From Adineta vaga (lineage: Eukaryota; Animalia; Rotifera), in contig CP075493.1 of NCBI GenBank assembly GCA_021613535.1, positions 4,154,001-4,218,000 of the forward strand: a stretch of 64,000 nt of DNA, in the 5' to 3' direction. Under the pieces are notes generated by a model. The model did not search any database. It had not been told where the DNA came from and saw only the letters and a list, made by a program, of their open reading frames with translations. Below are positions 1 through 11,356 of this stretch, piece after piece. Made by a program: the position numbers and the translations under genes. The first letter of the stretch is position 1. Each line of letters starts with the position of its first letter.

Positions 1-88
1 ACCAATTAAAGAAGAACAACGAAAATTTCATTGGACACTTGGAAGACGACCAGATGATCATGCTGGATTAACAGAATTAAATCTATGA
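1..88 (+). CDS. 3' end of an unidentified gene entering from the left edge
   Basis: Open frame from position 2 (PIKEEQRKFHWTLGRRPDDHAGLTELNL) ends in TGA at 86-88, followed by an AT-rich UTR with AATAAA at ~150. Confidence 0.5.
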   Translation, partial: PIKEEQRKFHWTLGRRPDDHAGLTELNL

Positions 89-487
89 ATTTTATGAAAG
101 AAAACATTCTTGAAACAGTTTTTATTTTATTTTATTCTATGTGGATGTAAATAAACGTCCATTTGATGACGCAGTGTCTTTTATTTTGACTCTGAAAGGT
201 TAACGGACACATGTTTTTGTAAAAGAAGACATCTGTTCTATCGTATAGTTAATCTTTTTATTCGTTTAGATAATTATTTATATCGATTATTATTCTGACT
301 TAACGTCTCAATGACTGATTGATGAGAATCATTTATTAACTAATAATTTTTATATTTCAATTTTTGACGTTAATTTATCTCTATGGTTGATTGATCACAT
401 CGATATATTATATTCTATTGATGATAAATAATATAGTTTTGATAGGTTTTTCATCATAACTAATACAACATTCAGCTGATTATTAAC

Positions 488-910
488 ATGTCTATTATAA
501 CACGCGAACAAATCGAAAATACACGTTATTGGATCGAAGCCTTTTATGAAGCATGTGATTCGTTGGAAGTTCGAGATTGGATTAATGAGTTTTTTCAGCT
601 CGATGCAATCGTTCATTTAAACAATCTTTCAATTATTCAGGGACATTCGCAACTCATTCATCATTATGAAGAATATTATTCATTACTTTCATTTGTCGAA
701 CATCGCATAAAAGGTGTCGATATTTCATCGGATCGATGTTATGTTCATGTTGAAGTAACTTCAATTGCAAAAAATGATCCCGAACAAATACCTGTCACAC
801 GGAAAGGATTGATGATTATAGAAAAGAAACTTGATGATGAAAAACTAAATTCTTTTCATGTATATATTGATTCAACTCGTCTTATCGATAGAATTCAGAT
901 GCATATGTAA
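488..910 (+). CDS. SnoaL/NTF2-like small protein (intronless; possible foreign origin)
   Basis: 140-aa ORF. The pattern 'WIEAFYEACDSL...FFQLDAIVHLNN...IQGH..L...Y...VEHRI...YVHVEV' is typical of the SnoaL-like/NTF2 fold. Confidence 0.65.
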   Translation: MSIITREQIENTRYWIEAFYEACDSLEVRDWINEFFQLDAIVHLNNLSIIQGHSQLIHHYEEYYSLLSFVEHRIKGVDISSDRCYVHVEVTSIAKNDPEQIPVTRKGLMIIEKKLDDEKLNSFHVYIDSTRLIDRIQMHM

Positions 911-1407
911 ATTTTGTTTGTTTTCAATTTTGATTAATAATTTATTTATAGTTAAATAGAAAAGATCAAAGTATTTTTCACATTGTTTGTTCCATGCTAA
1001 ACACATGGACGTTCTAGTACGAACAAGGAAAATGAACTCATCTGTAGATGGAAGTAGAATATTCCTTTACTAAGAATGATCTCTTATGGAAACAGTGAGC
1101 GCGATGAAGATACTCATGTTTCTAAATATCGGGCAAATCGAAGGAAGCGTCTGAAATTATTTCAAAACAATATGTGTGCAGAAAGCAATGCGTAATTCAA
1201 CTTTCTACAAACAAGTGTCGATGCTTAAAATGCAATATATGATTATAGGCTAACCTATCGATGAATAGTATAAGTTGAATGATTTCAAAGTTTTACTTTT
1301 GAGAAATATACTAAATATAATTATATTCGATAGAATATCAGTTGTATATGTAAATATATTGGCATAGTAGAATCGTCTGCGATACAATTGGATTTATTAA
1401 ACATCTA

Positions 1408-3230
1408 TTAAAGTGATTGTGATGGTACTGTGTTTACATAGATAAATCGAACAATAACAGGATGATGTTTCTTTATTTTTTTCAATCGTCTCATATCTTC
1501 TCCTACTGGATCAATACCAAAAAAGTATTTCATAATATCCATGACGACGATAAACAGCATCATAGTGAACAATGCGATAATTGCAACATATGTAAATGAT
1601 TTTGAAACAAATTCACGAACTACAATCTTATTTGATACGATTTCACAATGACGACCAGAATAACTGCTATCAATACATTCACATGTATAGTTTAAAAACG
1701 ACGGCTGACAAACACCACTATTCAAACATATGATATTTTCACAATAATTGAGTTGTATTTCACAACGACTACCCGTCCATCCTTCACGACATTCACACTC
1801 GTATGTTTGATTGAAAATTTCATGACATATACCTAGATCAACAAATATATCATTTCATATCCGTTATAGAGGGGGAAAGGCATCCTACCATTATTCCAGC
1901 AAGTAATCGATGGTTTACAAAGACGATGATCTAATTGACAATGAACACCACTAAATCCATATGGACAAGCACAAATATAACCCCGTTGATCTCTATTATT
2001 AATGTAACATGTACCATTATGTTCACAAGGTGAGAGTATATGACAAAGATCGCTTGAAATATTGCAATAAATACCCATGGTAGATGATGTATCGTTACAA
2101 GGAGGTGAAATAAAAGACACTGACAGTGGTGGAACTAAAATAGAACAAGATACTGTTAATAATGGTTGAGAGATATTCTTTAAATGGGGTTGATTTATTT
2201 CAAGCTCGTACAAATATATATAAAACTCACCACATGAATTTGTTGCTAAAAAGAACATCTGAACTCGATCATTACCACCATCAGCGACAAAAATATTTCC
2301 GTAACTATCAAAACTAAGACTACGAGGATTATCTAATTGATAAGGAGTTAAATCAGGTATGGATGTACATCCAAATAAACACTGTATTCCAGTAGATCCC
2401 GATCGAATGACACGGTGACCAAAGTAATCCGTCACATATAGAAAACCATCTGCATCAAAAATGATACCTGATGGACAACCTATAGAAACAGTTCCAATGG
2501 TTTGATTTCCAAGAATAGTTGTTCCATTTAGTTGATCAGGTGGAAAGAATTGAACTCGACTATTTTCACAATCTGCTACATACAAATTCAATTGCAAATC
2601 AACATAGATTCCTCGTGGAAAATTAAGTTGGTGTGGTGCTGCTCCTGGATTACCATTACCTGCTATAGTTATTGATGTATTTGCATCATTATTAAACAGT
2701 TTCTTAACAACTTTATGGGCCCCACGTACGGAACAATAGAGATCGTTATTAATATCTATAAAAAGACCTGCACAAGGATGAGTAACATATAAAGCTGTGG
2801 TTTTGTTCGATGAATTTAATGCCCATTTGTCTACTCGATGGTTCGATCCACCACTGTGAACATAAATATCACCAAAAGTTGTGACAAATAGAGCTAATGA
2901 ATCTGTGAAACTACTATTGATAGTCTTCCATCCACTGATATTTCTTTCAAAAGCATATAGAACGCGACTAATATTGCGATTAGCAATAAAAATAGTATTC
3001 TTATTATCAACAAATAAACCACAAACACGGGATCCAGCAATACTTTGATTGACAATGGTAATAGCATTTGGATTCCATGTTGCATATGGACACAATTTCG
3101 GTTGATTATATGAGAGACCTACAATAAATATTCGAATAATTCTTTTACAGTTCTATCGATAATTACCTGTAATTCTACAAATGATTACAATAATAATAAA
3201 CCATGAATTGAAACTGTCTTTTACATACAT
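1408..3230 (-). CDS. NHL-repeat beta-propeller + EGF repeats + C-terminal TM protein (multi-exon)
   Basis: Signal-peptide exon starts at ATG 3230. NHL exon 3118-2231 (PRGIYVDLQLNLYVADCENSRVQ, PRSLSFDSYGNIFVADGGNDRVQ), then about 3 EGF modules (CEHNGTC..C.CPYGFSGVHC; CECREGWTGSRC; CECIDSSYSGRHC) and a hydrophobic TM before stop 1408. Confidence 0.85.
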
Positions 3231-3594
3231 TTTGTACTCATAAGCTTCACAAATTATTTACAATGGTACATGCATAACGTTCATTGATTACGCAAACAAC
3301 CGGTACGTGAATAATATTTCTCATATGTTTTCTATTAATGTTATTTTAACATATAATATGTTCGATCAGATCGATCGCTAAGTAAATTTAAGAAAATCTC
3401 CGAGAAACGATCAACATTGATTTGTAACTTATATAACATGATTCTTTTAGTGCAATAATGTATTCTATTATGATTCATAGGAACATTAGAGCAAAATCAA
3501 AATTTTATTATATCATGTATTTTTGAAAATAAATCGAGAAAAGAAGATTAAAAGTTCGTATTAATCGATTCTTAAGAATTATTCATTTGAATTT

Positions 3595-5379
3595 CTAACG
3601 AATCCATATTCGAATATCACCTATAAGATATGTATCTCGTATAATTGTACATGTCGATGGTAAATTATCTTGTAACCAATCAAGCAATGTATCTTGTTTG
3701 TGTACAACGGTATCATCTTCATCTCCCCAAGTATCATCATGAAATCGAATGATTAATGCTTGTAAATTAGGCATATTATTAAGAAGATCAAAAATGTTTT
3801 CTCGAGTTTTTACTCGAATCACTAAAGTAACACATTGCATACCTAACGATGATCGAGCTAATTGAATGCATTGTTCAGTATTATAAGTGTAACAATCAAA
3901 ATCGTTGGTATATGCTTTTACATCCAGTCGATGAATTGAATTGTTGACTAAGTTTACTGGTGGCATATCAGAATCAAGAGTCGGCCATATTCCGAACATG
4001 AGAAAATCAAGATGATTTGCTTGATTAAAGACAAATTGTATCTGCGATTCTACGGTATCCAAATTTTCGTTCTTATTAATGCTAATATGAAGAACTGTAA
4101 GTCGATCAAATTTAGGAACAATTTTGAGGAATTGTTCATGAAATGGAAATGTTAATGAAAGATATTCAACGTTCGGAAAACGAGTATACGAAAGCAACGA
4201 ATCTGTGAAAAATTTCGAATCATAATAGAGAAATTTAGTATGATTGAACGTTAAATATTCATGATCATTTGGATCAGTTGATTTTGCTAGGATACATTTT
4301 GCTTCAGTAAAGAAGTGCTTAAAAATATATGGTATTGTAAAAAGATGGATATCATCGGGTTGTTGTTGTGTATTCGATGTATACCAATGACATCGAACAA
4401 ACCATTGATGTTCTTCAATCCAAAATTTCGTTCGAAATGAATCAAGTATTTCATTCATTTGAATTTCTTTATCTGAAGAATTAACTGGTGGTGGAAATTT
4501 CATTTTGAAAGAGAAAGTTTTTATTTCATGTAAATTCTTTCGAATCATTTCTTCCCATTCATTTCCATTGATGAAATGTGTAAATATCGTTATGATAAGA
4601 TGTTGTAAACGAGGTAAATTTTGTAGAAGACGTTTCAGAATAATGGGTTCATTATAAAAAATAATCGTTAATCGTGTAACAGACAGAATAGATGATGAGA
4701 ATTCATAATTATCAAGATTATTGTTATTGAAAGTTGCCGAAAGTTGTTGAAGATTAGGTGTATGTTGACAAAGATGCACTAAATCCGATGAGGAACAACT
4801 TGTATTATAATTAAGTAAATATCGAAGTGATGTGGATACTACTGTGGGATTCGGAAAATAATTTTCAAAAGCAAAGCAGATATTGATATAACAATAGGTC
4901 AGTTTTGGTAAATTCCATATTTGATTATAGAAATTCATGGCATCTTCTTTCAATAGTTCAATATGACATTCATTAAATTTGAGTCGCTGAAGAAATGGAA
5001 GAGAAGAACATTGAATCATGATTTGATTTAGAATATGTTTTGATCGAATATGTGTGACAATAATCGATTGTAAACGTGTTAATTGATGAATTTGTATAGG
5101 AAACGAAAGAAATAATTTAATTTGTTCTGGTGTATCATCATCGTTTGAAAGTTGAAGAGAAATAATTTGATTTTGAATCGATGGAAGATAATTTTGACAA
5201 ACATTATAGAACTCAGTTTTCGATATAGTTCGAAAATCTAGATGAAATCCTTGAAATTGAATGAGAAGTAATTGATTAAACCTTGTATTTAATCGATGAA
5301 ATGCACGAAAAAGATGTGAAAGTGATAAATATTCGAATATATGTAATATAAGTTCATTGGGTAACAATTCGAAATTCAT
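3595..5379 (-). CDS. F-box + LRR-like protein (bdelloid-expanded family)
   Basis: Single-exon 594 aa from ATG 5379. N-terminal 'FELLPNELILHIFEYLS..LFRAF..LN.RF' F-box, LxxLxxL repeats, 'FWIEEHQWFVRCHW' family motif, ends in IWIR. Confidence 0.85.
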   Translation of the reverse strand: MNFELLPNELILHIFEYLSLSHLFRAFHRLNTRFNQLLLIQFQGFHLDFRTISKTEFYNVCQNYLPSIQNQIISLQLSNDDDTPEQIKLFLSFPIQIHQLTRLQSIIVTHIRSKHILNQIMIQCSSLPFLQRLKFNECHIELLKEDAMNFYNQIWNLPKLTYCYINICFAFENYFPNPTVVSTSLRYLLNYNTSCSSSDLVHLCQHTPNLQQLSATFNNNNLDNYEFSSSILSVTRLTIIFYNEPIILKRLLQNLPRLQHLIITIFTHFINGNEWEEMIRKNLHEIKTFSFKMKFPPPVNSSDKEIQMNEILDSFRTKFWIEEHQWFVRCHWYTSNTQQQPDDIHLFTIPYIFKHFFTEAKCILAKSTDPNDHEYLTFNHTKFLYYDSKFFTDSLLSYTRFPNVEYLSLTFPFHEQFLKIVPKFDRLTVLHISINKNENLDTVESQIQFVFNQANHLDFLMFGIWPTLDSDMPPVNLVNNSIHRLDVKAYTNDFDCYTYNTEQCIQLARSSLGMQCVTLVIRVKTRENIFDLLNNMPNLQALIIRFHDDTWGDEDDTVVHKQDTLLDWLQDNLPSTCTIIRDTYLIGDIRIWIR

Positions 5380-5841
5380 TGCTAATAGAATTTTAAGTTT
5401 GAAATAAATATAAGCGTACGTACTTGCATATTTTGTTTTATTTGATAAATAAGAGAAAAACAACACGTTGTTGGTTCTATTGCAAGGATAGATGAAAGAA
5501 TGCTGTGTAACTATTATAACTCATTTTGGTTATTTTTCTCGTTCTCATAGACTTTATTTTAGTGCAGTAATAAAGATTTATGTTTCGGAATCGATCATTT
5601 TAATAATGAATCATCTTCGATTTTGATGTTTTTCGAAAGACAATTATGGCAGAAAAGCATAGAAATTTGATAGTTAAACATATATGCTTAGCAAGGAAGA
5701 AGAACTGAAAAAAGAGCAGTATTTGTACACGTGACTCATGAATTTCGTTATATGGAGGTAAACAAGGCAGTAGATTCAACAAGTTTTATTCGGAAGTGAC
5801 ACGTTTTATTGTATTCAAAAAGCATTGTGAAATAATTCGTA

Positions 5842-7926
5842 ATGAAACGAAGGTTAACAAAACTATTGTGCACAATTCAAAGACAAGATTCAAGTGATCG
5901 TAAGTATTATAACGTCAATAGCATCAGATATTCTATGTTCACGGAAAAGCGATTCGATCAGATCATTTTGGATTTCTTTTAGATCAATTATTTGTTGAAA
6001 ATAATGTTGAAGATAACGACTTCGCGAAGGAAACAATAAATGACGAAACTAATACAATTTATGAAAGACTAAAAAGACCAAATATTGTCATTCGAGTCTG
6101 TCGTAGATCATACAGACGAATATCTAAACGTTTTCGTCCACGAGCTTCGACTTCTTCAGTGTTGCAACAAGAAATTGATACAAACAATGAAGACCATGAT
6201 GAAAGTGTCTATCAAACATTATCATGGCAACCTATTAATCAGATAGATGTCAAGATCAATGTTAATTCACCAGATCCATTGACGACAACAATGGTTGTAA
6301 AAACTCGATCTCCAATTACTTGGAAACATGCTTGGTCTATTTGTGAAGCCAAAGATGCTGTGATCAATTCGCCATTTGCGAATATTCCAGTAGAAATCAT
6401 ATTTAAAATGTTCAAATCTCTTTCTATAAATGATCTAGGAAATGTTTCATTAGTATGTCGATGGTTTAAAACGATTGTTGATCAAGATGATATATGGAAA
6501 ATCAAATGTAACAGTAAGTTAATATTTTCACTAAATCTATTGTTCTAATCATCATACGAATAAATTAGCGTCGAAGAAATTATTTTCAAAGTCATTCAAA
6601 GAAATGTATATAGCTTGGAATTATGGAAAATATTTACGAAATCTGAAATATGATAGTACCGAAAAATACCAAATTATATCTAATTTAGTGAGATATATCT
6701 CCGAACTTTCATTGGATAAAGAACCGATTCAGATAGTTTCTGACGGACAATACTTATCTGTAGCTAAATTCGAACGCCGTTCAAATTCATCTCAAGCAAT
6801 GTAAGTACACTAAAATCTTTTCTTTCTATATTCGATTACTATTCTATTTAATGAGCGAATAGGACCATCAAATTGTCTGTTGATATTGACAAAACTGTTC
6901 CACAATTACTTTCTCTCTATGAAAAAATATCAAAATATCATGAACAATGGCATCGGCCAGCAATAATCCAACAGATGATTTTGAGATACTATCGTTTTCT
7001 GAAACTAAAAGTTTCATATCCCGATTATATTCTTCTTATGCCAACATTAGATATTGAATTTGTTTGGCAAGTGCATTTATCACATCCTGAAATGTATCAA
7101 AATGATTGTATTCGTTTATTTGGACGTTTGATTGATCATTCTCTCATTGTCACTAATAGTATTGAACAATATCTTAGGAGAAACATATTTTTCGATACCT
7201 GTCATTTATACAAAGAACATTATAACGAGGAATATTGTTCATTAACAATCGTTCGACAAAACGAAGAACGGCCATTAAAAGTGCAAGAGCAATACGAAAC
7301 TCCGATTTACACTTATTTCTATCGAACGAACTCTGAAAATTATTCATTTGTTCCCGAGAATGATGAAATTCCAGGTTATTCGTATTGGGATGAAACAAAA
7401 TTTGAATTTAGTTCATCTAATCCAGAGAATTATGAGAATCCTTTTTATTTCAATGAGACAGATATTATCATGGATAGCAATTGGTATAACCTATACAAAA
7501 ATGGCACAGCTTATGCACAACGACAGTTTCAATATCAATTGAATTTCTTGTATAATGGATATGAAGTGCAAGATTTATACCTATTAAAAAAATCCTATAA
7601 ACGATTTCTATATATAGCTAATAAATATCCATCGAACGGAGGAAATGCTTTTGAACCTTTAACATATGCGGTGAGGATTTTATTGAATAGTAAAAATTTG
7701 TGAATAACAATCTCTTTTTCTATAGATCGATAGTATTTGGCGTTCACACATGCAGGACCCACGAAATTATATATCTGACTGTCATCAGTTTCTCAACTAT
7801 GTTCCTAATCGAATACCATGTCGATCCGTAAAATTATCTCATGCAAAAGAATTGAATGAAATCTGGAAAACAGAATTCAACAGAACAATCAGTACTGATC
7901 ATTTGTATGAAATTACACATAATTAA
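5842..7926 (+). CDS. F-box protein with two GRDP/DUF1399-like repeats (5 exons)
   Basis: Spliced model ATG 5842 to TAA 7926. F-box 'FANIPVEIIFKMFKSLSINDLGNVSLVCRWFKTIVDQDDIWK'. Repeat 1 'RYYRFLKL...PTLDIEFVWQVHLSHPEMYQNDCIRLFGRLIDH'; repeat 2 'SYKRFLYI...PLTYAIDSIWRSHMQDPRNYISDC'. Confidence 0.75.
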
Positions 7927-8024
7927 TAGAACAATCGTTTGAAATATTGAAATCTAGAACCGTCATAACTAACAAGTTCTCAAATTCACTTTTGAATACT
8001 AATAAAAAAAATTTTCAAATTTAT

Positions 8025-9806
8025 TCATCGAATCCATAATCGAATATCACTAATTCGATGTGTATCTCTCGTAATCATACATGATACAGGTAAACACTCT
8101 CTTAACCATTCAATCAATTCATCTTGAGTAGAAGATGTTGATAAATCATTCTCACGTGTCAATCGATCATCTTCGCAACGAACATTTAATGCTTGAAGAT
8201 TTTTCATTTGATTGACAAGAATCAATATACACATTCGAGTTTTGACTTTAATTAACAGAGTTTCACATTGTAGACCTAATGGTGATTGAATCAATTGAAG
8301 ACATTGTTGATCATCGAAACAGCGGCAATTTTTACCACAAATATATCCTTGAAAATTAAGTTTTCGAACTGTTTTACTTGACATTTCCATTAATAATGAT
8401 TCTAAATTTGTTGAACACCATGAACCAAAACTTAACATTGTTAAATGTATTGCTCGATTCAATAATAATTGCAATTGTGTTGGTATATTCTGCAATTTTT
8501 TATGATTTTTTATCGATATAAATAATGATATTAACCGATCAAGTTTAGGAATAACTATAAGGAATTGTTCATTGTAAGGAAGTGATAATGAAAGATGTTC
8601 AATATTGGAAAAACGTACACGTGACATGATTGAACTTGTAAAATGTGATGATCCATAACATAATTGATTGACATGATCATATGACCAAAACATTTCATCG
8701 GATGAACTAGTTGATTTAGCTAGAATACATCCTGTATAGCTAAGAAATTCTTTGAATATATAAGGTAAAGTAAAGAGATCAATAAAATCTAAACGATATT
8801 GTTCATCCGATGCATACCAATGACATCGAACAAACCATTGATGTTCTTCAATCCAGAATTTTGTTCGAAATGAATCGAGTATTTCATTCATTTGAGTTTC
8901 TTTATCCGTATCAATTGATGGTGAAAATCTCATTTTAAAACGAAATATTTCTAATTTAGGTAAATAATTTTTGATCAATTCTTCCCATTGATATCCATTC
9001 ATATAAATATTACATGTTTCTAATGTTAAATGATATAGATTCGGAAGATTTTGAAGAAGATATTGTAAAATATTCAATGAACAATCGAAAGAAAGTTTCA
9101 ATCGTGTTATTGAAAGAATCGGTAATGGTATATCATATTGATCAGTATAATCAATAAAAATCATGGATAAATATTGAAGATTAGGAGTTGATTGTATAAG
9201 ACGTATGAATGGATTTAAATAACATGATATATTTGGAATAGATAATGATTGAATCGATGTTGAGAGAATTGTTGGTGTAGGAAAATAATTTCGAGTTGTT
9301 GAATTAATATCTATATAGCAATGAGTTAGTTTTGGTAGATTCCAAATTTGATTATATAAACGATCGGCTATTGATTGATTAATTGTTATATGACAATTTT
9401 GAATATTTAGATGTGTAAGAAATGCTAGATGAAAACAATCAATAAGAAGTTTATCGAGTAGATAGGAAGAATGAATATGTGATAGAGAAAGTGTTTGTAA
9501 ATGAGTGAAATTTTGTAAATGAAAACCATAAGAAATCCAAAGTAGAATTTGTTGAGGAGTAGAATCATCATCAGATAGTTGAAGTGATCGAAGACGATTA
9601 GCAAATAGAGGAAGATATTTGTGACAGATACGATCGAAATTTGTTTTGGAAATTGATTGAAAATTAAGACGAACCTTTCGACAATGAATTAAAATGAGAC
9701 TATGAAAACGAAAATTAAGACTTTCAAATGCTTGAAAGATATCCAGAATAGTTAAATAATCAAATAATTTTAATAGTAATTCATTCGGTAAGATTTCTAA
9801 TTTCAT
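8025..9806 (-). CDS. F-box + LRR-like protein, paralog of 3595-5379
   Basis: 593-aa single exon. Shares the F-box and the identical segment 'QMNEILDSFRTKFWIEEHQWFVRCHWY', and has a similar C-terminus (DIRLWIR). Confidence 0.85.
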   Translation of the reverse strand: MKLEILPNELLLKLFDYLTILDIFQAFESLNFRFHSLILIHCRKVRLNFQSISKTNFDRICHKYLPLFANRLRSLQLSDDDSTPQQILLWISYGFHLQNFTHLQTLSLSHIHSSYLLDKLLIDCFHLAFLTHLNIQNCHITINQSIADRLYNQIWNLPKLTHCYIDINSTTRNYFPTPTILSTSIQSLSIPNISCYLNPFIRLIQSTPNLQYLSMIFIDYTDQYDIPLPILSITRLKLSFDCSLNILQYLLQNLPNLYHLTLETCNIYMNGYQWEELIKNYLPKLEIFRFKMRFSPSIDTDKETQMNEILDSFRTKFWIEEHQWFVRCHWYASDEQYRLDFIDLFTLPYIFKEFLSYTGCILAKSTSSSDEMFWSYDHVNQLCYGSSHFTSSIMSRVRFSNIEHLSLSLPYNEQFLIVIPKLDRLISLFISIKNHKKLQNIPTQLQLLLNRAIHLTMLSFGSWCSTNLESLLMEMSSKTVRKLNFQGYICGKNCRCFDDQQCLQLIQSPLGLQCETLLIKVKTRMCILILVNQMKNLQALNVRCEDDRLTRENDLSTSSTQDELIEWLRECLPVSCMITRDTHRISDIRLWIR

Positions 9807-10492
9807 ATTTTATTGATTCATTAATAGTTTGAAAAACGAAGATAATAGAACATAACGAATACGAATATAAATATTAAGATATGATTATCATTGTTATTCT
9901 TAACATGATGATGTGTTTTTTTGTCTCTCTCTCCCTGTTGCTTTTGTTAGCAGAGTGAAAGAACAAAAATATTATCGTTTGTCCTTTATACATGGAAGGT
10001 AGACAAGGAGAATAACCTTTTTGAAGAAACGAAACGTGTTTTTGTACGAGACCTTCTCTTTCTTTTTCAAATCAATATCATTGATATCAGATCAATCGAT
10101 TGTTTTTTATAAACTTTCTTTTTACATTGTATTCTGTTTAATGATGGTTTTACTTTTTCGCTCTTGAAAACAATGCATGGATTTTTTGTATTCTATTGCC
10201 TACATTTAACCCATGTTAGATATATTTAACACGTGAGACGAGATTCATACTTCTGATTTTTTAGATAAGAAATAAATTGTAGAGAATGCGAATAATAATG
10301 TTGAATATAATAACAATTTGAAATGCATTAGCTTTAGTTTAATCCATGATAAATAAATACTATTATAGAAGAAGGTTGAATGAGTCATTTGTTGTCAGTA
10401 TGTTTTTCTGCTTTTCTACATGAAGAAACGAAGAAAAAAACAACGTTGTTCGTGGTTATTCATGTTTTTATGTAGACGAGCATTTTACTACA

Positions 10493-11272
10493 ATGGAAGA
10501 CGTATGGAAACATGTTGGAGAATTATTACAGAATGAAAATTTTGCTAAATATGCAATAAATTATGATCGTCGTCCTTTAATCAAACTTGTTAATAATATA
10601 AATGGTCCACGAATGCGATTAATACATTCGTCAACACTTCTTCAACTTCAACGAATTCCACATAGTGATGAACATTTCACTGTTGATGCCTTAGAAGGTA
10701 TTGATACTTATGGCGCACATATATGTGAAATCTTCATGGTTAGTCATCGTTGGTTACGACCACGTCTTAATTCTTCTCAATCACATCCGGATTCATCTGA
10801 TCATCTAAAAGCTCATGCAATTAATGAATTTACTAAATGGCGACAAACATGGGTGAGAACAAAATATGAATTTAATATTGAAATCTTCTATTGGATCGAT
10901 TTCTGTTGTATTGATCAACATGATTTAACAGCAGCTATTCCATTATTACCTTTATGGGTAGCATGTTGTGAACGTTTTTTACGAATTGAAACAGAAGATT
11001 ATTCTGAACGAGCTTGGTGTCGATTAGAACCTTTATTATCATATGCATTTCAATTTGCTGATCATCATACGATTATACATTTAGATTTTAAATGTTCAGA
11101 AAAAGATTTTCATTCTGGTAAGGAAATAGAAGTATTAATTCTTGATCCAATGGATGGTAAAAGCACAGATGATGAAGATTTACTACGAATAAAACCGATT
11201 GTTAATTTGACAAAACAAAACCGAAAGAAAATCGATTTTGGAAAAACAACGATTAAATGTTTTCAGTTATAA
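10493..11272 (+). CDS. Stand-alone HET (heterokaryon-incompatibility)/TIR-like domain protein
   Basis: Intronless 259 aa with motifs 'FMVSHRW', 'HPD', 'YWIDFCCIDQ' and 'YSERAWCRLE', matching the HET-domain pattern (SHxW ... WIDxxCIDQ ... RxWxxxE). Confidence 0.75.
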   Translation: MEDVWKHVGELLQNENFAKYAINYDRRPLIKLVNNINGPRMRLIHSSTLLQLQRIPHSDEHFTVDALEGIDTYGAHICEIFMVSHRWLRPRLNSSQSHPDSSDHLKAHAINEFTKWRQTWVRTKYEFNIEIFYWIDFCCIDQHDLTAAIPLLPLWVACCERFLRIETEDYSERAWCRLEPLLSYAFQFADHHTIIHLDFKCSEKDFHSGKEIEVLILDPMDGKSTDDEDLLRIKPIVNLTKQNRKKIDFGKTTIKCFQL

Positions 11273-11356
11273 TTGAATACAATTACGAAAAGAAATCGAT
11301 TAATGTTCTTTTATTCTTCATCTCATGATAGAAAACAAAAACGAATGATTGATAAA

